Below the pieces are notes generated by a model. That model was given only the letters and a program-made list of their open reading frames with translations, was not told the DNA's origin and made no database searches. 64,000 nucleotides of DNA, taken from assembly GCF_900114455.1 (NCBI RefSeq), contig NZ_FOTC01000002.1, positions 217,012 to 281,011 of the forward strand, written 5' to 3'. Each line of letters begins with the position of its first letter. Within the stretch, counting starts at the first letter, position 1. Position numbers and translations under genes: made by a program. Source of the stretch: Halogranum rubrum. GTDB taxonomy: Archaea > Halobacteriota > Halobacteria > Halobacteriales > Haloferacaceae. This document shows, one piece after another, positions 9,290 to 19,063 of the stretch.

Positions 9290-10033
9290 TCAGTCGAACT
9301 GCAGCCAGTCCGTCTGAATCCCCGGTCCGTGGAGCGTCCAGCGCTGCTGTGTGCCGTCAACTGTCGGTCGGGTCTCGACCGTCGCATCGAACAACCCGTC
9401 GACAGTGACGGGGCTGTTCTCGCGGGGCGACGCCGAGAGGTGGAAGTGACCGATTGCTCCGGCGGCCCGGATGCGACTCGTAACCACTTGGAGGAACCGT
9501 CGAAGGTGGTGAGAGGGCGCGTCGTCGACGAGTGTGTCCAGTGAGTCGACGCAGACGCGAATCTCGCCCGGTTTCGGGTCGGTCGTCTCGAATCGCGTGA
9601 GGTGGTCGTGGACGTGTCTAGCGAGTGTTGACAGTGAGGCATTCGGTTCTACCCGACTGAACCACCGTGGCATGTCGTCGGCAGTGGACGCCGGCGTGTA
9701 CGGCGTCTGGGGTTCGACGGAGTCGACCGTACCGAACCTGTCCGTAACGTCACCGCTGTCTGGTCTGTCAGCCGACTCGGTGAGTGTCGCCCGTGTCGCC
9801 GACCCGGTGACGTCGACGAAACCGAACCGCGTCGGGTCGAAGTCGGTGTCGAGCGGCGTGTTGTCACGAGTCCGAACGAGGAGGCGACGACGGACCATCG
9901 ACTCACAACCGAGCAGTTGGAGACAGACAGTCGATGTCGCCGCTTCTGAGGGGTCTGTGAGTACGAGGACGTTCGCACCGCGTCGCTTGAGCGACTGCAG
10001 ATGGCTTTCGAGTCGCTCTACGTCTCCCTCCAT
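9290..10033 (-). CDS. KaiC/RecA-like fold protein lacking Walker A (haloarchaeal pseudo-ATPase, DUF835/DUF7504-like), function unknown
   Basis: The track ORF 9290-10555 reads through the MTAP gene. The realistic start is ATG 10033-10031 (MEGDVERLESHLQ). The NVLVLTDPSE...VCLQLL...RLLVRT pattern matches RecA-like strand order but has no GxxxxGK[ST]. Acidic composition. Confidence 0.55.
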   Translation of the reverse strand: MEGDVERLESHLQSLKRRGANVLVLTDPSEAATSTVCLQLLGCESMVRRRLLVRTRDNTPLDTDFDPTRFGFVDVTGSATRATLTESADRPDSGDVTDRFGTVDSVEPQTPYTPASTADDMPRWFSRVEPNASLSTLARHVHDHLTRFETTDPKPGEIRVCVDSLDTLVDDAPSHHLRRFLQVVTSRIRAAGAIGHFHLSASPRENSPVTVDGLFDATVETRPTVDGTQQRWTLHGPGIQTDWLQFD

Positions 10034-10167
10034 CGAACAGTGATTATTCGTCCGACTACATAGAACTTCGGAGCGCGTGACAGACGGTTCGAGTGGAGTG
10101 TTCTGTCGCTGAGAGTTGTCTCGAAAGGCGAGTAGCGAATCTCTGTATCGCCCGTGACCCGTCGCCG

Positions 10168-11031
10168 TCAGTCGTCGAGGTAGTCGCCGACGAGCAGGTC
10201 GACGCGCTCGCGAGTCTCCTCGGGGATGGCGTCTGCGGGCGTGTTGATGGTCCCTTCGAGCGCCGAGTGTGCGGCGCACTCGTGGTCCTCCGGGAGCGTC
10301 CGAATCGCTTCTTCCACGGTGCGCTTGATGGCTTCCTGGTTCTTCTCGGCGTTCTCGAGCACTTCCGCGAGCGTGACTTCGTGGTCCTGTTTCCAGACGT
10401 CGTAGTCCGTCACGCCAGTCACCGTCGCGTAGGCGATTTCGGCCTCGCGAGCGAGTTTGGCCTCCGGAATGGAGGTCATGCCGACGACGTCCCACCCCTG
10501 TCCGCGGTAGAACTCGCTCTCGGCACGCGTGGAGTACTGCGGTCCTTCGATGCAAACGTAGGTGCCGCCTTCTTGAACGTCTGCGTTCGTCGCCTCCTCG
10601 GCCGCCTCCGAGAGATGCTCGACGAGTTCCGGTGCGTACGGCTCGGTAATCGGCTGGTGGACGACGATACCGTCGCCGAAGAACGTCGACTTCCGGTGTT
10701 TGGTCCGGTCGAAAATCTGGTCCGGGACGACGAGCGTTCCCGGCGGTAGGTCCTCTTTCAGACTGCCGACGGCGTTGCTGGCGAGGATATGCGTGACGCC
10801 CAGTTTCTTGAACGCGTAGATGTTCGCGCGGTACGGCAGGTTCGTCGGCGAGCGACCGTGTTTGGGGCCGTGGCGAGGGAGGAACGCGACTTCCCGTCCC
10901 GTATCACCGAACTCGCCGATGGTGACCGGCGCGCTCGGTTCGCCGTAGGGAGTGTCCACTTCTTCTTCGCGCGTGTTCTCCAGCGGGAGTGCCTCGTAGA
11001 TACCGCTGCCGCCGATGAAGCCGATGGTCAT
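10168..11031 (-). CDS. mtnP: S-methyl-5'-thioadenosine phosphorylase (purine nucleoside phosphorylase family)
   Basis: 287 aa. MTIGFIGGSGIY N-terminus, HGR.H.P..NYRANI, GMT.VPEAKLAREAEIAYA motifs of the MTAP/PNP family. Confidence 0.9.
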   Translation of the reverse strand: MTIGFIGGSGIYEALPLENTREEEVDTPYGEPSAPVTIGEFGDTGREVAFLPRHGPKHGRSPTNLPYRANIYAFKKLGVTHILASNAVGSLKEDLPPGTLVVPDQIFDRTKHRKSTFFGDGIVVHQPITEPYAPELVEHLSEAAEEATNADVQEGGTYVCIEGPQYSTRAESEFYRGQGWDVVGMTSIPEAKLAREAEIAYATVTGVTDYDVWKQDHEVTLAEVLENAEKNQEAIKRTVEEAIRTLPEDHECAAHSALEGTINTPADAIPEETRERVDLLVGDYLDD

Positions 11032-11130
11032 GCGAGCAGATGCGGTGAGCAGTCACCTAAATTGCCCGCTTCTCTCACTCCTCTCGTGTGAGTTGATATC
11101 ACACGTCGGGAGCGTTGAAGTACCCGGACA

Positions 11131-12567
11131 GTGTTTCGTTCTGTAGTGACTTCCTCTTCCACTCACTCGGAGCTCACGGAAGGGGACCTCGTTCGCCCGA
11201 TGCTGAATCTCGCGTGGCCGATGGTCGCCATCCAACTTCTCCAAGTCGCGTACAACGTCGCCGACACCTTCTGGCTCGGTGCCCTCTCGGCCGACGCCGT
11301 CGGCGCGTTGAGCCTCGCGTTCCCGCTCATCTTCCTGCTCATCTCCGTCGGTGGTGGGTTCACGACGGCGGGAACCATCCTCGTCGCCCAGTACATGGGT
11401 GCCGACAGCGAAGGGAAGGCAGGCCACATCGCGGGCCAGACACTCTCGTTCGTCACCATCGTCGCCGTCGGTATCGCCATCGCCGGCTTTCTGCTGACGG
11501 ACGCGATGCTCGGTCTCCTCCCCGCCGACGAGGCGACGGCTGCTCAGATTATCCCGCTCGCCTCCGACTACATGCGGTTGTTCTTCCTCGGGATGCCCGC
11601 CCTGTTCGGCTTCTTCATGTTCACGTCGCTGATGCGCGGATACGGCAACACCCGAACGCCGCTCGTCGTGATGCTCGTGAGCGTCGTCGTCAACGTCGTC
11701 CTCGACCCGTTCCTCATCTTCGGCTGGTGGGTGTTCCCGGCGCTGGGTATCGAAGGGGCGGCCATCGCGACGGTGTTCTCGCGCGTCGTCGCCACGCTCA
11801 TCGGCCTCTACGTCCTCTTCGGGACGAGCGCCGGCCCGACCATCGAACTCCCCGACCTCGTCCCGCGACTCGACGACGTTCGCGACATCGTCCGTCTCGG
11901 TGTCCCGAGCGCCTTGGAGCAGTCGACCAGTTCGATGGCGATGATTCTACTGACGGGGATGGTCGCGACGTTCCCGCCCGCCGTCGTCGCGGCGTACGGC
12001 CTCGGCAACCGCCTCATCTCGCTGGCGTTCCTGCCGGCGATGGGGATGAGCCAAGCTATCGACACCGTCGTCGGCCAGAACCTCGGTGCGGGCAAACCCG
12101 AACGTGCCCAGCGAGCGTCGTATCTGGCGATGAAACTCGTCGCCGTCGTGATGGTCGGCGTCGCCGTCGTCGCGTGGCTCTTTCCCGAGCCAATCGTCGG
12201 CGTGTTCATCAGTACGAAGACGGCACAGGCCGCGGCCACCATCGCCCACGCGAGCGACTACCTCCGTACCGTCGCCGTGATGTTCGCCTTCATGGGCGTC
12301 CTCCAGGTCGCACTGGGGACGTTCCGCGGCGCGGGCAACACCCGGACGGCGCTGGTCTTCTCGATGGTCACGCTGTGGCTCGGGCGACTGCCGGCGACGT
12401 ACTACTTCGTCTTCGTCGAGGGCTGGGGACCGACCGGCATCTGGGTCGCCGTCGCTATCGGCGACGTCGTCGGCTGTATCGCGGCCGTCGCGTGGCTCTC
12501 ACGCGGGACGTGGAAGGAGTCCATCGTCGACGAGAGCGTGTCCACCCACCAGCCGTCCGACGACTGA
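11131..12567 (+). CDS. MATE-family efflux transporter
   Basis: 478 aa, 12 TM. N-terminal LTEGDLVRPMLNLAWPMVAIQLLQVAYNVADTFWLG is the MATE signature. The 11131 start is a GTG and the exact start is uncertain. Confidence 0.85.
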   Translation: MFRSVVTSSSTHSELTEGDLVRPMLNLAWPMVAIQLLQVAYNVADTFWLGALSADAVGALSLAFPLIFLLISVGGGFTTAGTILVAQYMGADSEGKAGHIAGQTLSFVTIVAVGIAIAGFLLTDAMLGLLPADEATAAQIIPLASDYMRLFFLGMPALFGFFMFTSLMRGYGNTRTPLVVMLVSVVVNVVLDPFLIFGWWVFPALGIEGAAIATVFSRVVATLIGLYVLFGTSAGPTIELPDLVPRLDDVRDIVRLGVPSALEQSTSSMAMILLTGMVATFPPAVVAAYGLGNRLISLAFLPAMGMSQAIDTVVGQNLGAGKPERAQRASYLAMKLVAVVMVGVAVVAWLFPEPIVGVFISTKTAQAAATIAHASDYLRTVAVMFAFMGVLQVALGTFRGAGNTRTALVFSMVTLWLGRLPATYYFVFVEGWGPTGIWVAVAIGDVVGCIAAVAWLSRGTWKESIVDESVSTHQPSDD

Positions 12568-12669
12568 ATCGCACAGAGCCGTCTGTCTCGACGCATGGTC
12601 GGCCGCTTCGACTTCCGTCGACTACCTCACCGAACCTTATGTGTGTTGGGTGTGAACAATCCACTTGGT

Positions 12670-12843
12670 ATGGTTCTCTGTGAGCGATGCGACACCGAAC
12701 TTCTCGGTCCGCGTCCGTGCGCGTACTGTGGGCGGCAGTACTGTGCAGTCCACCGGTTTCCCGAGCGACACGACTGCTCGGGTCTCGACGGGCGAGAAGA
12801 AGGAACGGAGTGGTTCGACGACTCCGTCTCGGTATCGGAGTAG
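12670..12843 (+). CDS. AN1-type zinc-finger small protein
   Basis: CERCDTE...CAYCGRQYCAVHRFPERHDC fits the C-x2-C...C-x2-C...C-x2-H-x5-H-x-C AN1 pattern. The track ORF 12595-12843 probably starts too early; ATG at 12670. Confidence 0.6.
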   Translation: MVLCERCDTELLGPRPCAYCGRQYCAVHRFPERHDCSGLDGREEGTEWFDDSVSVSE

Positions 12844-12848
12844 TCGAA

Positions 12849-13805
12849 TCAGAACACGACGCCAGCGTCGAGCAGTGCGATGAACACCGTCAAGAGCGGA
12901 ACGCTCACCAGTGTCGTCGTCAGGACGACGGTACTGACGTACTCGGCGACTTCGATGCCGCCGACCTCTTCGCCGCCGGCGAACTCGGCGACGAGGATGA
13001 GCGGTGTGACTGCGGCGGGCATCGCACACTCCAGTGCGAACGCCTTCGCGACGGTCGGGTCTTCGAACCCCATCGCCAACGCGACGCCGACACCGACGAC
13101 GGGTCCGACGCCCATCTTCAACACGTTGGCTGTCCCCGCGCGTCGGAGGGCCGCCCCGTAGTTAGTCTGTGATAGCTGCAGACCGAGGATGAGGAGCATC
13201 ACCGGAATCGAAGAGTCACCGACGAGTTTCAGCGTCGACAGCGCGGCCGACCCATCCGGTGGGACGAGACCGAGCCACCGAACCGCGAGTGCCGCGATGA
13301 CCGCGTAGATGAGTGGAATCTTGGCTGCTCGTTTGACACCAGCGAGGCTACTCGAATTGCCACTTCGAGAGGCGATGTAGACACCGACGGTGTAGATGAG
13401 GACGTTCTGTGCCGTGAGGTAGAGGACGGCCGTGCTCCGTCCGGTCGCACCGAACGCGAACTCCAAGACGGGGACGCCGTAGTTGCCCGAGTTGGGAAAG
13501 GCGCTCACGAGAACGAGCGCCGAGAGCAACGGGTCAGAGGCACCGAACAGTCGTCCCACGAGTTCGGAGATGAGAATCATCGCGACGGTGTAGACGGCGA
13601 CGCCGCCGACGACGCGAACGAGCGTCCCGCTCCCGAACTCGGTGGTCGCGAGACTGTGAAAGACCAACGCGGGTGCGAGGACGTAGACGACGACGGTGTT
13701 CAGCGGGTCGGGGTCGACCGCTTTGACTCGACCGAGTACGAACCCGACGCCTGCGATGGTGACGATCGGCAGAATCGCCGTCGCAAAGATAGAGAGAAGG
13801 CTCAC
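12849..13805 (-). CDS. AEC-family (auxin efflux carrier-like) membrane transporter
   Basis: 318 aa, about 10 TM in two 5-TM halves. N-terminus MSLLSIFATAILPIVTIAGVGFVLGR is typical of the AEC family. Confidence 0.8.
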   Translation of the reverse strand: MSLLSIFATAILPIVTIAGVGFVLGRVKAVDPDPLNTVVVYVLAPALVFHSLATTEFGSGTLVRVVGGVAVYTVAMILISELVGRLFGASDPLLSALVLVSAFPNSGNYGVPVLEFAFGATGRSTAVLYLTAQNVLIYTVGVYIASRSGNSSSLAGVKRAAKIPLIYAVIAALAVRWLGLVPPDGSAALSTLKLVGDSSIPVMLLILGLQLSQTNYGAALRRAGTANVLKMGVGPVVGVGVALAMGFEDPTVAKAFALECAMPAAVTPLILVAEFAGGEEVGGIEVAEYVSTVVLTTTLVSVPLLTVFIALLDAGVVF

Positions 13806-13868
13806 AGAGCCACCGGTGGCACTGCTCGTTCGCCGGCTACGGCGGGGAGCGTCTCACTCACAGGTCGC

Positions 13869-14582
13869 TCAGACTCCGACGTCTTCACTTTCGGCGAGTC
13901 GCCACGCGCCGACGCTGGTCGACTCGACGTGACCGCGTCGTTCCATCTCGGTCATGACTTCCATCAGTCGACCGGGTTGAGCAATCTCCATCTCGATGCG
14001 GTCGACGTCGTGGAACTCGCTGAGGTAGTGGCGGATGTCGTCGCGCTCGAACGTCTCCTCGTCGGCTTTCTCCATCACACCGGTGATGAGGTCGATCATG
14101 TCCTCGATGAAGTTCCACGGGTAGACGACCCACGCCCACTCTTCGAGGCGCTCGCCGATGTAGTCCGGTTCGAACTCGCTCGTCTGGAGCAGTTGGAGCG
14201 TCGCGGTTCGAACCTCGCCCGCGTCGCGCTCGTTGACGTACTCGTCGGCGCGTTTGATGGACCCGCCGGTGTCGGCGATGTCGTCGATGATGAGGACGTC
14301 TTTGCCCTTGACCGACCCTTCGGGCATCGGGTAACGGACTTCGGGTTCGTTCGACTTCTGTGCCGTCCCGACGTAGTGTTCCATCTTCAGGCTCGTCAGG
14401 TCGTCCATACCGAGGAAGTCACAGATGCACCGTCCGGCGAACCAACCGCCGCGTGCCAACGCGACGACGACGTCCGGTTCGAAGTCGTCACGTTTGACCT
14501 GGTTGCTGACACCCCGACAGAGATCGTAGATGTAGTCCCAGTTGGTGATAGTGCATTTGAACTCGTCCGGGAGGTCACTCAT
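13869..14582 (-). CDS. purine phosphoribosyltransferase (HGPRT/XPRT-like) with a C-terminal extension domain
   Basis: Start ATG 14582 (MSDLPDEF). The track ORF extends upstream through non-coding sequence. PRPP-binding motif VLIIDDIADTGGS. About 90 extra C-terminal residues of unknown function. Confidence 0.8.
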   Translation of the reverse strand: MSDLPDEFKCTITNWDYIYDLCRGVSNQVKRDDFEPDVVVALARGGWFAGRCICDFLGMDDLTSLKMEHYVGTAQKSNEPEVRYPMPEGSVKGKDVLIIDDIADTGGSIKRADEYVNERDAGEVRTATLQLLQTSEFEPDYIGERLEEWAWVVYPWNFIEDMIDLITGVMEKADEETFERDDIRHYLSEFHDVDRIEMEIAQPGRLMEVMTEMERRGHVESTSVGAWRLAESEDVGV

Positions 14583-14723
14583 GCCGTCCTGTGAGTGGAG
14601 TGGCTCGGCACATAAGGGTTTACAGGCAGTCTCGCTGGAACCGACGTGTCGTACTGGTAACGAGTGAACAGAAGCCAGCGAGCGCACGTGCGTACCGGAA
14701 AGACCTGCTCCGCGCCGACGGTG

Positions 14724-14969
14724 TTACTCGGCAGGCGCGTATCGGTTCTCGTCTCGCTCCACGATCAGGTCCTGCGCGAGCGCCACGTTGATTGTCTCGT
14801 TGAGATAGTCGGTGTCGAGTTCGTCTTTGACGAACTGTGCGATGTCGGCCCGTGCGACTGTCTCCTTCTCGAAGTCGGTGTTCATATCGACAAAGCGGCC
14901 GACTCGCTCGGCGTAGTAGTCCGGGTCCCACTCGGGTGTCGTCTCGACTTCTGATGTGTTCTCGGCCAT
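14724..14969 (-). CDS. small acidic hypothetical protein (about 81 aa)
   Basis: Start MAENTSEVETTPEWDPDYYAE... Halophile-like composition, conserved-looking and non-repetitive. No recognisable domain. Confidence 0.4.
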   Translation of the reverse strand: MAENTSEVETTPEWDPDYYAERVGRFVDMNTDFEKETVARADIAQFVKDELDTDYLNETINVALAQDLIVERDENRYAPAE

Positions 14970-15060
14970 AGACGACGTTTCACACCGACCCGATAATACT
15001 GCTGTGGGCGATGGCATCGACAGTAGCAATCGTCTCTCTGTACCGGACGCGTATCTGGCC

Positions 15061-15528
15061 TCACTCTAGCGGTTGTGCAAAGTCGACTTGCTTCGGTCGG
15101 AAACCCGTGTCGCGGTAGAAGCGCCGCGCGTCCTCGTTCTGCCACTCACAGGAGACTTTGAGGTGGTCGCACCCTCGACTGCGGGCCAGTTCTTTCACGC
15201 GTTCGACGACGTCTGTACCGTGACCTCGGTTCCGATGTTCCTCGTCGAGAGCGAGGTTCACGAGACGGAGATAGTGTGCATACGTCCGGGACGGATGATG
15301 GCCCTCACGGAGGGTGACGAAGCCGATGGTGTCGTTCTCGTCGACGACGAGATAGTCGGTGATTTTGTCGTCGTCGAGGTGCGCGCGGAACCCGTCGCCG
15401 GAGACTTCATCCGCGTCCGTGTAGACGAGTTCGTTCAGTTCGTCGTACGCTTCCATCGTTCTCGCGAGCGAGTACCACCGCTGAACGAGTGCGTCGATAT
15501 CTTCGGCAGTCGCTTCGACGAGTTCCAT
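15061..15528 (-). CDS. GNAT-family N-acetyltransferase
   Basis: Acetyl-CoA binding motif (RNRGHGTDVVERVKELARSRG) and GNAT fold order. Start likely MELVEATAEDI at 15528. Confidence 0.75.
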   Translation of the reverse strand: MELVEATAEDIDALVQRWYSLARTMEAYDELNELVYTDADEVSGDGFRAHLDDDKITDYLVVDENDTIGFVTLREGHHPSRTYAHYLRLVNLALDEEHRNRGHGTDVVERVKELARSRGCDHLKVSCEWQNEDARRFYRDTGFRPKQVDFAQPLE

Positions 15529-15589
15529 ACGGTAACGCCCGAGTGCTCGCTCTTTAGGCTTCTCCAACTGTGTCGAGATCTAACACACC

Positions 15590-16681
15590 TCACGACCGGA
15601 GACGGTGGAGCCACGGAATGTGACTACCTTCGAGTTCGATGATTTCCAGTTTCGCCATGAGGAGATAGGCCGCCAGCGAGAGGACACACACGAGCGGCGT
15701 GATTAGCAACTGCCACAGCAGCGTCGACGTGAGGTCGATTCCAACCATCGGTCCCCAAATACGCCTCGTCGCGTGGACGAGACGGAAGACCGGTACGTGA
15801 AGGAGATAGATGCCGAGGGCGTGACGACCCACCTTCGGAAGAATCGTGTTCTTTCCCCACTCCGGATTCGAGAGCGCGTATGCGAAGACAGCGAGGACGA
15901 AGAACACCGTCGAGAAGGTGTACGCCGTCAAGTGAATCTCTTGCCCGAGCGTGTGGTCGCGGATGAGGTAGCTGATTGCGTACTGCTCGACGAGTTGGAT
16001 GCCCGCGAAGACGCCGACTGCTGCAGCGTAGAGACGCCGCCGACGCTCGTCCGGCGTCCAGTCGATTGCGTTCAGTTGGTAGCCGAGAGCGACGTAGAAG
16101 AACCCGAAGAAGAGCGCGTCTCGCGTACGGAACGGAACGTCCAGAACCATCTGATAGTTCGTTCCGAGGATGCCGACGAGGTGGACGAGTGCGGCGACGG
16201 GTAACAGATAGCGAGTCTTCTCGAACTTGACGAAGCACGCGACGAACGCGATAGCGAAGAACAGCGCCGTCAGGAACCACAGCGGAACGGTGAGTGCGGT
16301 TCCGTAGTACACCACGTCCAACAGAGACAGGTTACTGAGGCCGTCGGCGACGACTGCATTCGTCACCGAGTCGCCGACGAAGAGCGCGAGAGCCGCGACT
16401 GTCGCTACGGAGACGAGCCTCCCGAACAGATAGAGCGAGCCGAGTTTTCGAGCGGTGTTGCGGACCTTCGACGTGACGTTGTCGACGTTTAGCGTCTCCG
16501 CCAGAAAGTATCCCGACGTCGCGAAGAAGAAGGGAACGTCGAACTGACCGAGTGTATCTAACGCGAAGTAGACGTAGTTTCCGTACGTTTCGAAGCCACG
16601 AAACGGCTGGACGTGTGCGACGACGATGAAGAAGATAGCGACTGCCCGCAGTGTATCTATGCTGTGAATTCGATCACTCAT
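15590..16681 (-). CDS. acyltransferase family 3 (OatA/OpgC-like) integral membrane protein
   Basis: 363 aa, about 10 TM. N-terminal motif IDTLRAVAIFFIVVAHV is typical of Acyl_transf_3. Confidence 0.8.
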   Translation of the reverse strand: MSDRIHSIDTLRAVAIFFIVVAHVQPFRGFETYGNYVYFALDTLGQFDVPFFFATSGYFLAETLNVDNVTSKVRNTARKLGSLYLFGRLVSVATVAALALFVGDSVTNAVVADGLSNLSLLDVVYYGTALTVPLWFLTALFFAIAFVACFVKFEKTRYLLPVAALVHLVGILGTNYQMVLDVPFRTRDALFFGFFYVALGYQLNAIDWTPDERRRRLYAAAVGVFAGIQLVEQYAISYLIRDHTLGQEIHLTAYTFSTVFFVLAVFAYALSNPEWGKNTILPKVGRHALGIYLLHVPVFRLVHATRRIWGPMVGIDLTSTLLWQLLITPLVCVLSLAAYLLMAKLEIIELEGSHIPWLHRLRS

Positions 16682-16876
16682 TGTATCCAGAAGATGTACT
16701 GGAACTCACTTGCGCCGAGCTAAAAGACGTGCGATTGTGATGGACGAACCGAATGTCTCCGCTCGGCGTCGACACCGCCGCCGACGCCGAGTGGGCGACG
16801 TTCGCGAGTCGTTTTGGTAGCCCCACGCCCTGACCGCGAGCCCAAGCGTTATCTCTCGTAATCTCCGAGGCCGGAT

Positions 16877-17905
16877 ATGGACCTCTCTATCGTCGACCTC
16901 TCTCCGGTTCCCGACGACGGTACCGCGACCGACGCCTACGCGAACACCGTCGACGCCGCCCAACAGGCCGAGCGACTCGGTTACACGCGCTTCTGGGTAG
17001 CAGAACACCACGGGATGGCGAACACGCTCGCGGGAACGACGCCCGAAGTACTCCTGGGTCACCTTGCCGCCGAGACCGACGAGATTCGACTCGGTTCCGG
17101 GGCAGTCCTGCTCAACCACTACAGTCCGTACAAGGTCGCCGAGGTGTTCGGCGCACTCGACGGACTCGCTCCTGGACGTATCGACGCAGGTCTCGGACGA
17201 GCGAACGGGTCGCCAGCGGCGGACCAAGCACTCGGAACAGAACGACACGTCGAGAACCCCGACGAGGACCACGCCGAGAAAATAGAGGCCGTCGTCAGCC
17301 ACCTCTACGACGAGTTCCCCGACGGACACGCCTACGCCGACCTCTCGATTCCGTCTTCGGGTGCGACCCCGCCCACTCCGTGGACACTCGGGTCGAGTCC
17401 GTCGAGCGCGGCGCTCGCTGGTGAACTCGGCCTCCGGTACTGCTTTGCCGCCTTCATCCGCCCGCAGTTCACGGAGTACGCCTTCGAAGACTACCGTGAG
17501 GCGTTCACGCCCGCGGAGTCCGCCGGCGGCATCGACGAACCCGAGGGAATCGTCGCCCTCAACGCCGTCTGCGCCGAGACCGACGAGGAAGCGGCGCGAC
17601 TCCGTGCCGTCGCCGAAGCCTCGTACAAACGGATGCGACGCGGCGTCGTCGGCACGACGCCGTCCGTCGAGGAGGCCATCGACGAACTCGGCGGCGTCCC
17701 GGACCCGACGCCCGCCACGCTCGACGACGACGAGTGGCCGCGTGCCATCTCGGGGAGTCCGGAGACCTTGGCTGGGCTATTCGAGCAACTCACGGACCGC
17801 GTCGGCGTCGACGAGGTGATGGTCCAGCACGTCGTCTCCGACCACGAGGACGCGCTTCGGTCGCACGAACTCTTGGCCGAAGGCGTCGGCCTCACACCGC
17901 GATGA
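16877..17905 (+). CDS. LLM-class (luciferase-like) flavin-dependent oxidoreductase
   Basis: 342 aa. RFWVAEHHG...NHYSPYKVAEVFGALD...GRIDAGLGR is characteristic of the luciferase-like monooxygenase family. Confidence 0.8.
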   Translation: MDLSIVDLSPVPDDGTATDAYANTVDAAQQAERLGYTRFWVAEHHGMANTLAGTTPEVLLGHLAAETDEIRLGSGAVLLNHYSPYKVAEVFGALDGLAPGRIDAGLGRANGSPAADQALGTERHVENPDEDHAEKIEAVVSHLYDEFPDGHAYADLSIPSSGATPPTPWTLGSSPSSAALAGELGLRYCFAAFIRPQFTEYAFEDYREAFTPAESAGGIDEPEGIVALNAVCAETDEEAARLRAVAEASYKRMRRGVVGTTPSVEEAIDELGGVPDPTPATLDDDEWPRAISGSPETLAGLFEQLTDRVGVDEVMVQHVVSDHEDALRSHELLAEGVGLTPR

Positions 17906-17996
17906 CCACGGTGTCCCGCACCGACCACTCCACGGAGTAGTCTCCCTTCTCGCGCAGTCTCCCGGATTTATCAATCCCCGTACCGACGACGCCGCT

Positions 17997-18962
17997 ATGG
18001 ACACGGACACCCGACGCGCACTGCTCGTCGACGCCTTTACCGCTGAGCCACTGACCGGAAACGCCGCCGGTGTCGTCCCGGACGCAGACGGTCTCTCGGA
18101 GACGCAGATGCAGGCCATCGCCCGCGAACTCGCCGTGAGCGAGACGGTGTTCGTCCACGAACCCGACGACGACGGTGACTACCGGGTTCGGTACTTCACG
18201 CCGACCCAAGAGGTCGACCTCTGTGGACACGCCACCGTCGCGCTCCACGCACATCTCTACGCCGACGGCGTCCTCGACGCTGGCACGCACGCGATGGAGA
18301 CGAACGTCGGGACGCTCGACGTCGACGTCGGCGAAGACGGCGTCGTCTGGATGACGCAAGCAGACCCCACCGTCGAGGAGGTCACACCGGACGAGGAACG
18401 CGTCGCCGACGCACTCGGCGTGGACGTGGCGACGCTCCGCGACGTCGGCGCGGACCTGCCGATGGCCGTCGCCTCGACGGGACTCAGGTTCCTTATCGTC
18501 CCCATCAACTTCCTCGAACATCTCGGCAACGCCGACCCAGACATGGACGCCGTCGAGTCGCTCACCGAGGAGTACGACGTGACGGGACTCTACGCATTCA
18601 CGTTCGACGCCCTCGACGCCGACTCGACGCTCCACGGTCGGATGTTCGCGCCCGGCGCGGGCATCCCCGAGGACCCCGTTACGGGGACGGCGAGTGGCGC
18701 GTGCGGCGCGTATCTACGCGAAGTCGACGCTTTCGAGGATAGCGAGACGCAACGCGTCTCGGATGAAGCGAGCGAGGAGCGTAGCGACTCGCGAGCACTC
18801 CCCGACGAGATGCGTTTCGAGCAAGGACACTTCGTCGACCGACCGGGTCTCGTCCGAGTGCGCATCGGTGACACGGTACAGGTCGGTGGGCGAGCGACGC
18901 CGTCGTTCGACGGAACGATGCTCGTCCCCGAAGACGAAGACGACGACATCATCGAAGCCTGA
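17997..18962 (+). CDS. PhzF-family (phenazine biosynthesis-like) isomerase
   Basis: 321 aa. VDAFT..P..GN.A.VV motif, conserved ETVFV and CGHATVA segments, and a duplicated DAP-epimerase-like fold. Confidence 0.8.
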   Translation: MDTDTRRALLVDAFTAEPLTGNAAGVVPDADGLSETQMQAIARELAVSETVFVHEPDDDGDYRVRYFTPTQEVDLCGHATVALHAHLYADGVLDAGTHAMETNVGTLDVDVGEDGVVWMTQADPTVEEVTPDEERVADALGVDVATLRDVGADLPMAVASTGLRFLIVPINFLEHLGNADPDMDAVESLTEEYDVTGLYAFTFDALDADSTLHGRMFAPGAGIPEDPVTGTASGACGAYLREVDAFEDSETQRVSDEASEERSDSRALPDEMRFEQGHFVDRPGLVRVRIGDTVQVGGRATPSFDGTMLVPEDEDDDIIEA

Positions 18963-19063
18963 TTTCGCACGTGCTAGCGAGTTACAAAAAGGCTAACTCG
19001 GCTTCGAGTCAGTAATTTTCGGAGTTGTTCGGGTCGGAAAGTTCTTTAGCAGGAGCGGTGACG

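Noticed and set aside
9290-10555. Track ORF extending the KaiC-like gene to 421 aa through mtnP
   Set aside because: The 5' 174 codons are Arg-rich junk overlapping the clearly real MTAP gene. The internal ATG at 10033 gives a coherent acidic protein.
11115-12683. 522-aa Arg/Gly/Pro-rich ORF overlapping the MATE transporter in another frame
   Set aside because: The composition (RRRR, PRP runs) is implausible for a halophile protein. The in-frame MATE gene has the family signature and 12 TM helices.
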